From: an uncultured Collinsella sp.
GTDB lineage: Bacteria > Actinomycetota > Coriobacteriia > Coriobacteriales > Coriobacteriaceae
DNA: 64,000 nt
NCBI GenBank assembly: GCA_902465265.1
Contig: CABQMF010000001.1
Coordinates: 5,652 to 69,651, forward strand
Reading direction: 5' to 3'
Shown: positions 44,100-53,356 of the stretch, piece after piece
Layout of the letters: every line of letters starts with the position of its first letter
How positions within the stretch are numbered: position 1 is the stretch's first letter
Position numbers and translations under genes: made by a program
The notes under the pieces: model-generated
What the model saw: only the letters and a program-made list of their open reading frames with translations
The model's database searches: none
What the model was told of the DNA's origin: nothing

Positions 44100-44240
44100 A
44101 TGCCCATGACCGATTTGATTGATTTCGTGAGACTTCTGACCGCTTTGGTCTCGTTCTTCACGGCGCTCGTCGGGCTTTTCCGAGGCACTCAAGCAGCGTT
44201 CGAAGCGCAACAGAAGGGGTCGCCGCCGCTAAGGCGTTGA
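44100..44240 (+). CDS. 46-aa hydrophobic peptide (holin-like / type I toxin-like candidate)
   Basis: Strong SD GGGAGGTG abuts the ATG. Product is MPMTDLIDFVRLLTALVSFFTALVGLFRGTQAAFEAQQKGSPPLRR, one TM helix plus a basic tail. Too short for the supplied ORF track. Lies in a low-GC intergenic island. Confidence 0.45.
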   Translation: MPMTDLIDFVRLLTALVSFFTALVGLFRGTQAAFEAQQKGSPPLRR

Positions 44241-44382
44241 CCCCCTAATGCAAACAACGGCGCTGCCCAGCTAGCTACAACTTGGGCTGCCGTCGACACT
44301 ATTCTACCCACGAATGACTTTTTGGACAATTGGTAACGCCGCTTCAAAAGCCAGGCACAACTGGCACAACCTAGGCGGTCGC

Positions 44383-44419
44383 TGAATGCGACAAAGGGAC
44401 TGTCCTTTTGTCGCATTCA
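44383..44419. repeat. Near-perfect 37-bp palindrome
   Basis: TGAATGCGACAAAGGGAC-T-GTCCTTTTGTCGCATTCA with one G-T pair. No flanking U-tract on either strand. Confidence 0.7.
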
Positions 44420-44441
44420 AAATATTGCCTTTACGTGTTGA

Positions 44442-44486
44442 TGCACACGGTGTGCAATAATACTCGCACTGTGCAATAGCGCACAG
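44442..44486. promoter_or_regulatory. Candidate TetR operators
   Basis: Palindromes TGCACAC-G-GTGTGCA (44442-44456) and CTGTGC-N6-GCACAG (44469-44486). A direct repeat TGTGCAATA occurs twice. Located just upstream of the SD of the TetR gene at 44508. Confidence 0.45.
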
Positions 44487-44507
44487 GCTGAGTAACAAGG
44501 AGGACGC

Positions 44508-45218
44508 TTGTCCCAGCTCGAGAAATGCGATCGCCGGTCCCTTCGCTCGCAGCGTGCCCTTCGCCAGGCACTTGCCAGCGAGCTTGCCGAAAGCGGCGAC
44601 CTTTCGCGCATTAATGTCGCGTCGCTCACCGAGCGCGCCGGCCTTACGCGCCGCACGTTCTATTCGCACTACCGCGATATCCCCGACTTTATCAATCAAA
44701 TCGAGGACGGCTTGCTGGCCGAGATCCGTGAGCGCATTGAGCTCATCACCGCAGCTCAGCTGCCCGATCTCTATCACAACATAGATGAGCTCGAGCCGGC
44801 GCCCGGTTCGGTTGAGCTGCTGCGTTATCTTGCGGCCAACCGCGACTTAATCGGTGCGCTGTTAGGTCCGGGCGGCGACCAGGCCTTCATTAAAAGGATC
44901 ATCGACACCGCTCGTGAGGCTGTGGTGCCGCGTGCGCAGACGGGCATTTTGGGCCTGGCGCTGGGCACGTTCTTTGACTACTACGTCACCTACGTCGTGA
45001 GTGCCGAGGTCGGCATGATTCAGCGCTGGTTTGAGCGTGGACTCACCGAATCGCCCGAGGCCATGGCGCGCATTATGACGGTGCTCGCTTTTGTGCGCCC
45101 TGGTGATCTGTATGGCCAACCCATCGATATCAACGTGCCGGAATACGGCATGAAGTTATTGAATTTGCAGCTCGAGGACGCGGCCGACACCGCCGCAGCC
45201 GTCGAGTCCAACAACTAA
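44508..45218 (+). CDS. TetR family transcriptional regulator (DhaS-like subtype)
   Basis: HTH block INVASLTERAGLTRRTFYSHYRDIPDFINQI. TTG start after the SD AAGGAGG. Its stop lies 12 nt before the giant downstream gene. Confidence 0.8.
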   Translation: MSQLEKCDRRSLRSQRALRQALASELAESGDLSRINVASLTERAGLTRRTFYSHYRDIPDFINQIEDGLLAEIRERIELITAAQLPDLYHNIDELEPAPGSVELLRYLAANRDLIGALLGPGGDQAFIKRIIDTAREAVVPRAQTGILGLALGTFFDYYVTYVVSAEVGMIQRWFERGLTESPEAMARIMTVLAFVRPGDLYGQPIDINVPEYGMKLLNLQLEDAADTAAAVESNN

Positions 45219-45230
45219 GAGGAGAGACAG

Positions 45231-48200
45231 ATGAGCAAACTCGTCGAGGGCATCAAGGACCGCATGGTCGCTGCCGCACGCGAGGCCGCGCCCGCCGTGG
45301 TGGACGCCGCGCAGAAGGCCGCGACCGCGGCTGCCGAGAAAGTTGCCGAGGCAGTTGCCGATGCCAAGAACGCGGCAGGGGAGACGTCCGTCGCTGGCGA
45401 GCCCGCCACCGCCGCTGAGCCCGTAGCCGCCGCCCACACCCCCGAAGGCGCGATCTTCAACTCTGAGGCCGCCCGCGGCAACCTGCACCTGGGCATCGAC
45501 GTAGGCTCCACCACCGTTAAGCTCGCCGTGCTCAACGACGATAACCAGATTGTCTACGCCAAGTACCAGCGCCACCACACCGACGTCCGTGCCTGCGCCC
45601 GCGACCTGTTCGAGGGTGCTGCGACCGTGCTGCCGACGGCCCAGATGACCTGCGCCATCACCGGTTCGGGCGGTCTGCTGCTGTCTCAGTGGCTCGACCT
45701 GGAGTTTGTCCAGGAGGTCATTGCCAGCAAGCGTGCCGTCGAGACCCTCATCCCGGCCACCGATGTCGCCATCGAGCTGGGCGGCGAGGACGCCAAGATC
45801 ATCTACTTCGACAACGGCATCGAGCAGCGCATGAACGGCACCTGCGCCGGCGGTACGGGCGCGTTCATCGACCAGATGGCAACCCTGCTGCACACCGATG
45901 CCAGCGGCCTTAACGAACTCGCGGCCAACGCCACCACCATCTATCCCATCGCCAGCCGCTGCGGCGTCTTTGCCAAGACCGATGTCCAGCCGCTGCTCAA
46001 CGAGGGCGCCCGACCCGAGGACGTGGCCGCCTCCATATTCCAGGCCGTCGTGACCCAGACCATCTCGGGCCTGGCATGCGGCCGTCCCATTCGCGGCAAC
46101 GTCGCCTTCCTGGGCGGCCCGCTGCAGTATCTCTCCGAGCTGCGTCACCGCTTCTACCTCACACTCAACCTGGACGAGGAGCATCGTATCGTGCCCCAAA
46201 ACGCTCACCTGTTTGTGGCGAGCGGCGCCGCCATGGCGCACGAGTCCAACAAGCTCAGCACGTTCCCGCAGCTTATCGAGGCCATCGACAGCTTGGGCGA
46301 CACACAGGGTGCCGAGGTCGAGCGTCTGGACCCGCTCTTTGCCACCGACGAGGACTTTGCCGAGTTCAAGAACCGCCACGACCAGGAAGTCGTCCCCAAG
46401 GGAAAGCTCGACGGCTACACCGGCCGCGTGTTCATTGGCATCGACGCCGGTTCCACCACCATGAAGGCCGCGCTCGTGGGCGAGGACGGTCAGCTGCTGC
46501 ACACCTGGTACGGCAACAACAACGGTGACATCTTGGGCACGGCCAAGGTCATCATGGCCGATTTCTACAATCACATCCCCGCCGGCTGCACCATCGGCCA
46601 CGTGACCACCACGGGCTATGGCGAGGCGCTGCTCATCGAGGCCCTCAAGGCCGATTCCGGCGAGATCGAGACTGTCGCGCACCTGCGCGGCGCCAAGGCG
46701 TTCCTGCCCGGCGTCGAGTTCATTCTGGACATCGGCGGCCAGGACATGAAGTGCCTGCGCGTCAAGGACGGCGTCATCGAGCACATCATGCTCAACGAGG
46801 CCTGCTCGTCGGGTTGCGGTAGCTTTATCGAGAGCTTCGCCGTCTCTATGAACATGGACGTGCGCGCGTTCGCCAACGCTGCCATCCATGCCAAGGCTCC
46901 GGTCGACCTGGGAAGTCGCTGCACGGTCTTTATGAACTCGCGCGTCAAGCAGGCGCAAAAGGAAGGCGCTACGGTGGGCGACATCGCGGCCGGCCTGTCC
47001 TATTCCGTCATCAAGAATGCCCTGTTCAAGGTCATTAAGCTGCGTGATCCCAAGGAGATCGGCAGCCAGGTGATCGTTCAGGGCGGCACCTTTATGTCCG
47101 ATGCCACGCTGCGCGCGTTTGAGCAGCTCACCGGCGTTCACGCCGTGCGTCCCGACATCGCCGGCTGCATGGGCGCCTACGGTGCGGCCCTGCTCGCCCG
47201 CGATCGCGCTGGCGCCGACGGCACTTCAACCATTCTTTCTGCCGAGGACATCGCGCACCTCACCGTGACGCAAAAACACGTCCGCTGCGGTCGTTGCTCT
47301 AACAACTGCCAGCTTACCGTCAACGATTTTGGCGGCGGCAGGCGCTTTATCACCGGCAACCGCTGCGAGAAGGGCGCCGGCCACAAAAAGCAGAAGACTG
47401 AGGCCCCCAACCTCTTCAAAAAGAAAAATGAGCTGCTCTTTAACCGCGAGGTGCTGAGTCCCGACGAGGCCCCGCGCGGCACCGTCGGCATCCCGCGCGC
47501 ACTCAACATGTACGAGAACTATCCCTTCTGGCATGCGTTCTTTACGCGCCTAGGCTTTAGCGTGCAGCTGTCCGACCAGTCGAGCAAAAAGACCTACCAG
47601 GCGGGCATCGAGTCCATGCCGTCCGAGAGCGTGTGCTATCCGGCCAAGATGAGCCACGGCCACGTGATGAACCTCATCGACCGTGACGTCGACTTCATCT
47701 GGATGCCGTGCGTGCGCTGGGAGCGCAAGGAGGACCCGACGGCTGGCAACTGCTATAACTGCCCCATCGTCATGAGCTATCCCACGGCGCTGGCGCTCAA
47801 CATCGACGAGATCCGCGAGCAGAACATCGAGTTCCTGTATCCGTTTGTGCCGTATCACGACAAGACCGAGCTCAAGCGCCGTCTGTACCAGGTGCTCGCT
47901 GTTGACCGCGTGGCCGACGCCGAGGCTGGTCGCGGCCGCGTGCGCGGTCCTAAAATCACGCGCTCCGAGGTCGATGCCGCTGTCAACGCTGCTTTTGAGG
48001 CCGATGCGCGCTTCCACGAGGATATCCAGACCATGGGCGAGGAGGCTCTTAAGTGGGTCGAGGACCACGGCGGCCACGGCATCGTACTCGCCGGCCGTCC
48101 CTACCATAACGACCCCGAGATCAACCATGCCCTGCCCGAGCTTATCTCGAGCTTTGGCTTTGCGGTCTTTACCGAGGATTCGCTCGCGCATCTGGTGAAG

Positions 48201-50012
48201 CCCGAGCGTCCCATCCGCGTCGTCGATCAGTGGATGTACCACAGCCGTCTGTACGCCGTCGCCCGTTTTGTGACGATGCGCAACGACTTGGACCTGATCC
48301 AGCTCAACTCCTTCGGCTGCGGCCTGGACGCTCTGACCACCGATCAGGTGCAGGAGATTCTGGAGGCCAGTGGCAAGATCTACACCGTGCTCAAGATCGA
48401 CGAAGTGTCCAACCTGGGCGCCGCGCGCATCCGCATCCGCTCGCTCATGGCGGCGCTCAAGGACCAGGAGGCCGAGCGCTTGGCCGAGGCCACGGCCGCG
48501 GGCGAGGCCTACGAGCAGGGCGATGCTGCACCGGTGGCTCCCTCCACGGATGCCCCCGCGTTCGCGAGTCGCAAGTACACGTTTGAGGCGCAGCGCGAGA
48601 GTGCTTCGACCGCGTGGCCCAAGGTGCCCTTTACCGAGCAGATGCGCGAGGAGGGCTACACCATCCTGTGCCCGCAGATGGCACCGATCCACTTTGACCT
48701 GGTCAAAGAGGTGTTCCGCGGTGCCGGCTACAACTTGGAGCTGCTGCCCTCAACCGATCACGACGCCGTCGAGGCCGGCCTGCGCTATGTGAACAATGAC
48801 ATTTGCTACCCGTCGATTCTGGTGACGGGCCAGATTATGGAGGCCATCGAGAGCGGTCGATACGACCTGTCCAAGACGGCCGTGGTTATCAGCCAGACCG
48901 GCGGCGGCTGCCGTGCCACCAACTACATCGCGCTCATCCGCAAGGCCCTGCGCGAGAGCGGCCACCCCGAGATTCCGGTGATCTCGCTTTCGGCCGTGGC
49001 GCTCGGCGAGGACAACCCCGGCTTTAAGATTACGCCGGCGCTGCTCAAGCAAGCAGTCTACGCAGTGCTCTTTGGTGACGTAATGATGCAGATGCTCTAC
49101 CGCTGCCGTCCGTACGAGGCCACGCCCGGTGCCGCCAACGCGCTCTACGAGGAGTACATGGCACGAGCCCGCAAGCTGGCGCCCAAGTTCAACAGGCATA
49201 ACTACACCAAGCTGTGCCGTGAGGCCATCCGCGCGTTCGACACTATGCCGCTCGTGGGCGAGGGCACCAAGCCGCGCGTGGGCGTGGTCGGTGAGATCTT
49301 GGTCAAGTTCCATCCCACAGCCAACAACCACGTGGTTGATGTCATCGAGCGCGAGGGCTGCGAGGCCGTGGTGCCGGGCCTGCTCGACTTCTTCCTGTAC
49401 TCCATGAGCAACGCCGAGCTGCAGAAGGACGAACTGGGAAGCTCTGCTACCACGCGCGCTGGTATGCAGGCGCTCATCAAGCTCGTGGACTGGATGCGTA
49501 CGCCGGTGGAGGAGATGCTCGAAAAGTCCCGCCGCTTTGAGGCTCCCGAGCGCATCGGCACCATGGCCGACAAGGCCCGCACGGTGCTTTCGGTGTGCAA
49601 CAACATGGGCGAGGGCTGGCTGCTCACGGCCGAGATGCTCGACCTGATCGACCACGGCGCGCCCAACATCATCTGCACACAGCCCTTTGCGTGCCTGCCC
49701 AATCACGTGGTGGGCAAGGCCGTGATCAAGGAACTGCGCCGTCAGCACCCCGAGAGCAATATCGTCGCGGTGGACTACGACCCCGGCGCGTCTGAGGTCA
49801 ACCAGCTCAACCGCATTAAGCTCATGATCAGCGTGGCCAAGGAAAACATGCGTGCCGGCAAGGGCTTTAAGCTCGAGAAGGTGGCGCCGCTCGCGATGGA
49901 CGAGGTCACCGGCCAGATGCGTGCCCACGATGGCTGCGTGAGCTGCGGCTCGGTCGACGAGAGTGCCGTGGCGTCGGTCGCTGAGCGCCTGGGACGCGGC
50001 ATTAAGAAGTAG
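45231..50012 (+). CDS. Fusion protein: two BcrAD/BadFG (HgdC-type) activase ATPase modules plus a CoA-enzyme-activase-associated / 2-hydroxyacyl-CoA-dehydratase-like C-terminal region
   Basis: Two copies of the actin-fold motifs are present. Copy 1 has GIDVGSTTVKL, ELGGEDAKI, and cluster Cys in NGTCAGGTGAFID and ASRCGVFAKTD. Copy 2 has GIDAGSTTMKA, DIGGQDMKC, NEACSSGCGSFIE and GSRCTVFMNS. A Cys-rich linker (CGRCSNNCQLT) follows. The long C-terminal domains contain GIPRALNMYENYPFW and CYPAK blocks. Confidence 0.85.
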   Translation: MSKLVEGIKDRMVAAAREAAPAVVDAAQKAATAAAEKVAEAVADAKNAAGETSVAGEPATAAEPVAAAHTPEGAIFNSEAARGNLHLGIDVGSTTVKLAVLNDDNQIVYAKYQRHHTDVRACARDLFEGAATVLPTAQMTCAITGSGGLLLSQWLDLEFVQEVIASKRAVETLIPATDVAIELGGEDAKIIYFDNGIEQRMNGTCAGGTGAFIDQMATLLHTDASGLNELAANATTIYPIASRCGVFAKTDVQPLLNEGARPEDVAASIFQAVVTQTISGLACGRPIRGNVAFLGGPLQYLSELRHRFYLTLNLDEEHRIVPQNAHLFVASGAAMAHESNKLSTFPQLIEAIDSLGDTQGAEVERLDPLFATDEDFAEFKNRHDQEVVPKGKLDGYTGRVFIGIDAGSTTMKAALVGEDGQLLHTWYGNNNGDILGTAKVIMADFYNHIPAGCTIGHVTTTGYGEALLIEALKADSGEIETVAHLRGAKAFLPGVEFILDIGGQDMKCLRVKDGVIEHIMLNEACSSGCGSFIESFAVSMNMDVRAFANAAIHAKAPVDLGSRCTVFMNSRVKQAQKEGATVGDIAAGLSYSVIKNALFKVIKLRDPKEIGSQVIVQGGTFMSDATLRAFEQLTGVHAVRPDIAGCMGAYGAALLARDRAGADGTSTILSAEDIAHLTVTQKHVRCGRCSNNCQLTVNDFGGGRRFITGNRCEKGAGHKKQKTEAPNLFKKKNELLFNREVLSPDEAPRGTVGIPRALNMYENYPFWHAFFTRLGFSVQLSDQSSKKTYQAGIESMPSESVCYPAKMSHGHVMNLIDRDVDFIWMPCVRWERKEDPTAGNCYNCPIVMSYPTALALNIDEIREQNIEFLYPFVPYHDKTELKRRLYQVLAVDRVADAEAGRGRVRGPKITRSEVDAAVNAAFEADARFHEDIQTMGEEALKWVEDHGGHGIVLAGRPYHNDPEINHALPELISSFGFAVFTEDSLAHLVKPERPIRVVDQWMYHSRLYAVARFVTMRNDLDLIQLNSFGCGLDALTTDQVQEILEASGKIYTVLKIDEVSNLGAARIRIRSLMAALKDQEAERLAEATAAGEAYEQGDAAPVAPSTDAPAFASRKYTFEAQRESASTAWPKVPFTEQMREEGYTILCPQMAPIHFDLVKEVFRGAGYNLELLPSTDHDAVEAGLRYVNNDICYPSILVTGQIMEAIESGRYDLSKTAVVISQTGGGCRATNYIALIRKALRESGHPEIPVISLSAVALGEDNPGFKITPALLKQAVYAVLFGDVMMQMLYRCRPYEATPGAANALYEEYMARARKLAPKFNRHNYTKLCREAIRAFDTMPLVGEGTKPRVGVVGEILVKFHPTANNHVVDVIEREGCEAVVPGLLDFFLYSMSNAELQKDELGSSATTRAGMQALIKLVDWMRTPVEEMLEKSRRFEAPERIGTMADKARTVLSVCNNMGEGWLLTAEMLDLIDHGAPNIICTQPFACLPNHVVGKAVIKELRRQHPESNIVAVDYDPGASEVNQLNRIKLMISVAKENMRAGKGFKLEKVAPLAMDEVTGQMRAHDGCVSCGSVDESAVASVAERLGRGIKK

Positions 50013-50040
50013 ACGGCCCGCTTTGGGCTAGATGTGAGGC

Positions 50041-50077
50041 AAACGGGTGGTAGCCGTACCGGCTACCACCCGTTTTT
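50041..50077 (+). terminator. Intrinsic terminator after the activase-fusion gene
   Basis: A 16-bp stem AAACGGGTGGTAGCCG/CGGCTACCACCCGTTT runs into TTTTT. Confidence 0.85.
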
Positions 50078-50134
50078 ACTGGACATATGTTGCACAAATG
50101 ACCTTGCTGCAGCCTTCTGTGGGCTCGTATTTCA

Positions 50135-50254
50135 GAAGTGCGGTGAAAAACGCGAACCTCCCGAGCACACTGCCTTTTTAGGCTCTCGTGACCTGCGGTT
50201 TTGTTGATAAAAAAGTCGGTCTGGTCGGCGAAGCTCAATTTTTCACCGCACTTC
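50135..50254. repeat. Inverted repeat related to the H family (copy D, long spacer)
   Basis: Perfect 16-bp arms GAAGTGCGGTGAAAAA / TTTTTCACCGCACTTC around 88 bp. The arm core AAGT(T)GCGGTG is shared with H copies A-C. Confidence 0.6.
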
Positions 50255-50427
50255 CGAAAACGACGGTCCTGCGGCACGAAAAATGGCCTGTAAAGCCCTG
50301 AGTAAATGAACAAGTGTATCCGTTTGCCGCAAATTACCGTCCGTTTATAGAACCCACCTCCAGCGCGCGTCCTCCTTACGGTTGAATAAATACACATCTA
50401 TGGAATTACGTAAGAGAGGACCGTCCC

Positions 50428-51387
50428 ATGAGCTATAAGACCGTTTGCGTTGCCGGCGGCGGCGTGCTGGGAAGCCAGATTGCCTTTCAGGCAGCCTACT
50501 GCGGCTTTGATGTAACGATTTGGCTGCGCAGCGAGGGCAGCATCGGCCGTACCCAGCCCAAGATCGATCATGTGCGCGAGGAGTACATCGCTGCTATCGA
50601 GGGCATGGCGGACGGCACGGGCGAGTGGTGCGCCGGTATCGCCGATAGCGGCCAGCCCTTCGACAAGGAGGCGGCACTCGCCGCCGTCGAGCGTGCCTAT
50701 TCCACGCTCAAGCTGGAGCTCGACCTCGCCAAGGCAGTGGCCGACGCCGACCTGGTCATCGAATCTATGGCCGAGGACACCCAGGCAAAGATCGACTTCT
50801 ACAAGAAGCTCGCCCCGGTCCTCCCGCAAAAGACCGTCGTCGTGACCAACTCCTCCACGCTGCTGCCGAGTACCTTTGCCAAGCACACCGGCCGCCCCGA
50901 GAAGTACCTGTCGCTGCACTTTGCCAATTCCATCTGGAAGAACAACATGACCGAGGTCATGGCTCAGGACCAGACCGACAAGCGCTATTTCGATGAGCTT
51001 GTCGACTTTGCTAACGACATCCGTATGCTTGCCCTGCCCGTCAACAAGGAAAAGAACGGTTACCTGCTCAATTCCATGCTGGTGCCATGGCTGCTTTCGG
51101 GCCTTGACCTGTACGTCTCGGGCGTGAGCGATCCCAAGAGCATCGACCTTGCATGGACGCGTGGCACCGGTGCTCCCAAGGGCCCGTTCCGCGTATTCGA
51201 CACGGTGGGTATTCAGACGGCCTACAACATCGTCATGCAGTATCAGAAGGTGCCGGGCTTGGTGAGCCCACTGCTCAAAAAGATGATGATGCCCTACAAC
51301 TTTAAGGCCATGGCCTCCGTCCTCAAGAAAATGCTCGACGAAGGTAAGCTGGGCGAAAGCTCGGGCGAGGGCTTCTTCAAGTACTAA
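50428..51387 (+). CDS. 3-hydroxyacyl-CoA dehydrogenase (Hbd-like)
   Basis: NAD fold VCVAGGGVLGSQIA and a C-terminal dimerisation domain. Confidence 0.8.
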   Translation: MSYKTVCVAGGGVLGSQIAFQAAYCGFDVTIWLRSEGSIGRTQPKIDHVREEYIAAIEGMADGTGEWCAGIADSGQPFDKEAALAAVERAYSTLKLELDLAKAVADADLVIESMAEDTQAKIDFYKKLAPVLPQKTVVVTNSSTLLPSTFAKHTGRPEKYLSLHFANSIWKNNMTEVMAQDQTDKRYFDELVDFANDIRMLALPVNKEKNGYLLNSMLVPWLLSGLDLYVSGVSDPKSIDLAWTRGTGAPKGPFRVFDTVGIQTAYNIVMQYQKVPGLVSPLLKKMMMPYNFKAMASVLKKMLDEGKLGESSGEGFFKY

Positions 51388-51550
51388 AAAACGATCCCTC
51401 GAGTGCGGAGGAAAACGGATCGGCCGCGCCCCCAAAGCCGTGTTTTCACGCTGCTGCAAGCTTAAACTACCGCTTAGGGGTGTTTGTTAATCTCTGAGCC
51501 ATATTGGGATAGAGACGGGCAAGCTCCCTGATGTATGAAGGGAAACGACG

Positions 51551-53287
51551 GTGGCATTCAAACACGGTAACGATATGGAATTGAGCGACAAAGACAGCAG
51601 GCTGCTCTCGCGTCGAGCGGCTCTTGCGGGTGCGGCGGGCGCGTTGGCGCTTGCCGGGACGGGGCTCATGGGCTGCTCGGTCGGCGGTGCCGGTGCAGGC
51701 GACGCATCTACTGCGAGCAGCGAGCTCACCGACGAGCAAAAGAAGCTCCACAAGCAGATTGTCGCGACCTATGACGTCGAGAAGCAAGCGGCCATCAAGG
51801 AGCGGCTCGATGCCGGGTATGCCGCCGGCGCGTTCGACGAGAGCGAACCTTATGTCGTGGCAGATCCCTTTGGCACCGATACCCTGAGCTGCTACGTGCG
51901 CTTTGCAACGGCGGATCCCGTAACCATTTCCTACAAGGTCGCCGAATGCAAAAAGGCCGGCGACGCCCCCAAAGTCGCCGCGTTTTCCCGTACGCCCCGC
52001 GGCGGCGACGCGCCGGCCATAGAGCACGAGTTCAAGCTCATTGGCCTCATTCCCAACCATAAAAACAAGGTGACCCTCACCTGCACAGCGCAAGATGGCA
52101 CCAGCCGCACTTCGACGTTCACGATCGAGACGCCGGCTCTCAAGGGTGAGGAAGAAGAGCGGCTCGCCGTCACGGCGGGGGAGTCCAACACGCCGCTTGC
52201 CGATGGCCTCTTTACCATCTTGGGTAACGACTCGTCCAAGCTCGACTTTATGTACCTCTACGACAACGCTGGCCAGATTCGTGGCGAGGTGCCGATCATC
52301 GGCTACCGCAGCCACCGCTTGCTGTTCCCGGGCGACGGCAGCATGATCATGAGCGTCTCGACGACCAAGATGGCCCAGATCGACGCCATCGGCCAGGTGG
52401 TAAACGTTTGGAGCACGGGCGACTACGAACTGCACCACGACTACGCCTTCGATGACGACGGCAACCTGTTGGTGCTGGCAAGTCACGCCGGCTCCGAAGC
52501 CGACTTGGACGTTTATCGCGCGGCTGCCAAAAAAGACAAGGACGATCGCGTTAATGTCGAGGACCTCGTCATTAAGGTCGACGTAACAACCGGCGACGTC
52601 TCTCTCGTCGTGGACCTGGGTGATATATTCCCCGACCTCAAGGCACGCGCCAAGGTGGCCTCGGACGGCGACCTGGATTGGATTCACATCAACACGATTC
52701 AGTGGCTCGGCGGCGGCACCGTTCTGCTCAGCTCGCGCGAGACCTCGACGGTCATTAAGCTCACCGATATCTACGGCACGCCCACGGTCGATTGGCTTAT
52801 GGGCTCGCCCGATTTCTGGGCCGGTTCGGGCTTTGAGGACAAGCTGCTGCAAGCCCAGGGCGATTTTTCGCTCAACGCGGGCCAGCACAGCGTGACGTAT
52901 CTGCCGAGTTCTGACACGGCAACGACCGGTCGCTACCAGGTGCTGCTGTACGACAACAACTTTGGTGCGGCCGAAAGCTATCCCAAGTTCGACTGGGGCC
53001 AGCTGGGCGCCGCGGTGGTGACCGACTACAACAAGGGCACGCATTCGTTTGGACGCATCTTTACGGTGGACGAGACGGCGTGCACCTACGAGCTCGAAGA
53101 CCAGATCGCGGTGCCGTTCTCGGGCTACGTCAGCAGTGCGCAGCGCGTCGGCGATTCAGATAGTATGCTCGTGGCTTCGGGCCAGGCCAAGACCTTTACC
53201 GAGTACGACCGCTATGGACTTCCCATCGCCACCTACGAGATGGAAGCCGAAAAGTACATCTACCGCGTGTACAAGTACGAGCTGTAG
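51551..53287 (+). CDS. Aryl-sulfate sulfotransferase (ASST) family lipoprotein with a Tat-type signal
   Basis: SRRAALAGAAGALALAGTGLMGCS combines a twin-Arg motif with a lipobox. The beta-propeller-like body carries ELHHDYAFDDDGNLLVL and DWIHINTIQW blocks typical of ASST. GTG start 7 nt after GAAGGGA; an alternative ATG is at 51575. Confidence 0.7.
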   Translation: MAFKHGNDMELSDKDSRLLSRRAALAGAAGALALAGTGLMGCSVGGAGAGDASTASSELTDEQKKLHKQIVATYDVEKQAAIKERLDAGYAAGAFDESEPYVVADPFGTDTLSCYVRFATADPVTISYKVAECKKAGDAPKVAAFSRTPRGGDAPAIEHEFKLIGLIPNHKNKVTLTCTAQDGTSRTSTFTIETPALKGEEEERLAVTAGESNTPLADGLFTILGNDSSKLDFMYLYDNAGQIRGEVPIIGYRSHRLLFPGDGSMIMSVSTTKMAQIDAIGQVVNVWSTGDYELHHDYAFDDDGNLLVLASHAGSEADLDVYRAAAKKDKDDRVNVEDLVIKVDVTTGDVSLVVDLGDIFPDLKARAKVASDGDLDWIHINTIQWLGGGTVLLSSRETSTVIKLTDIYGTPTVDWLMGSPDFWAGSGFEDKLLQAQGDFSLNAGQHSVTYLPSSDTATTGRYQVLLYDNNFGAAESYPKFDWGQLGAAVVTDYNKGTHSFGRIFTVDETACTYELEDQIAVPFSGYVSSAQRVGDSDSMLVASGQAKTFTEYDRYGLPIATYEMEAEKYIYRVYKYEL

Positions 53288-53356
53288 CGCTGCGCTTGGC
53301 TGTGCCTGTGCCCCGTGGCTGCGCGCGCTCGCGCCGGGCCCACCTCACGTTCCGCA

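Noticed and set aside
45156-47141. 661-aa minus-strand ORF, together with 47550-48692 and 48750-49928, opposite the activase-fusion gene
   Set aside because: All three are antisense to a gene with clear duplicated ATPase motifs. Their sequences are Gly/Ala/Asp/Leu/Arg-rich shadows.
51467-53044. 525-aa minus-strand ORF opposite the ASST gene, and 50398-51459 opposite hbd
   Set aside because: These are shadow ORFs. The sense-strand products have signal peptides and family motifs, and the antisense products do not.
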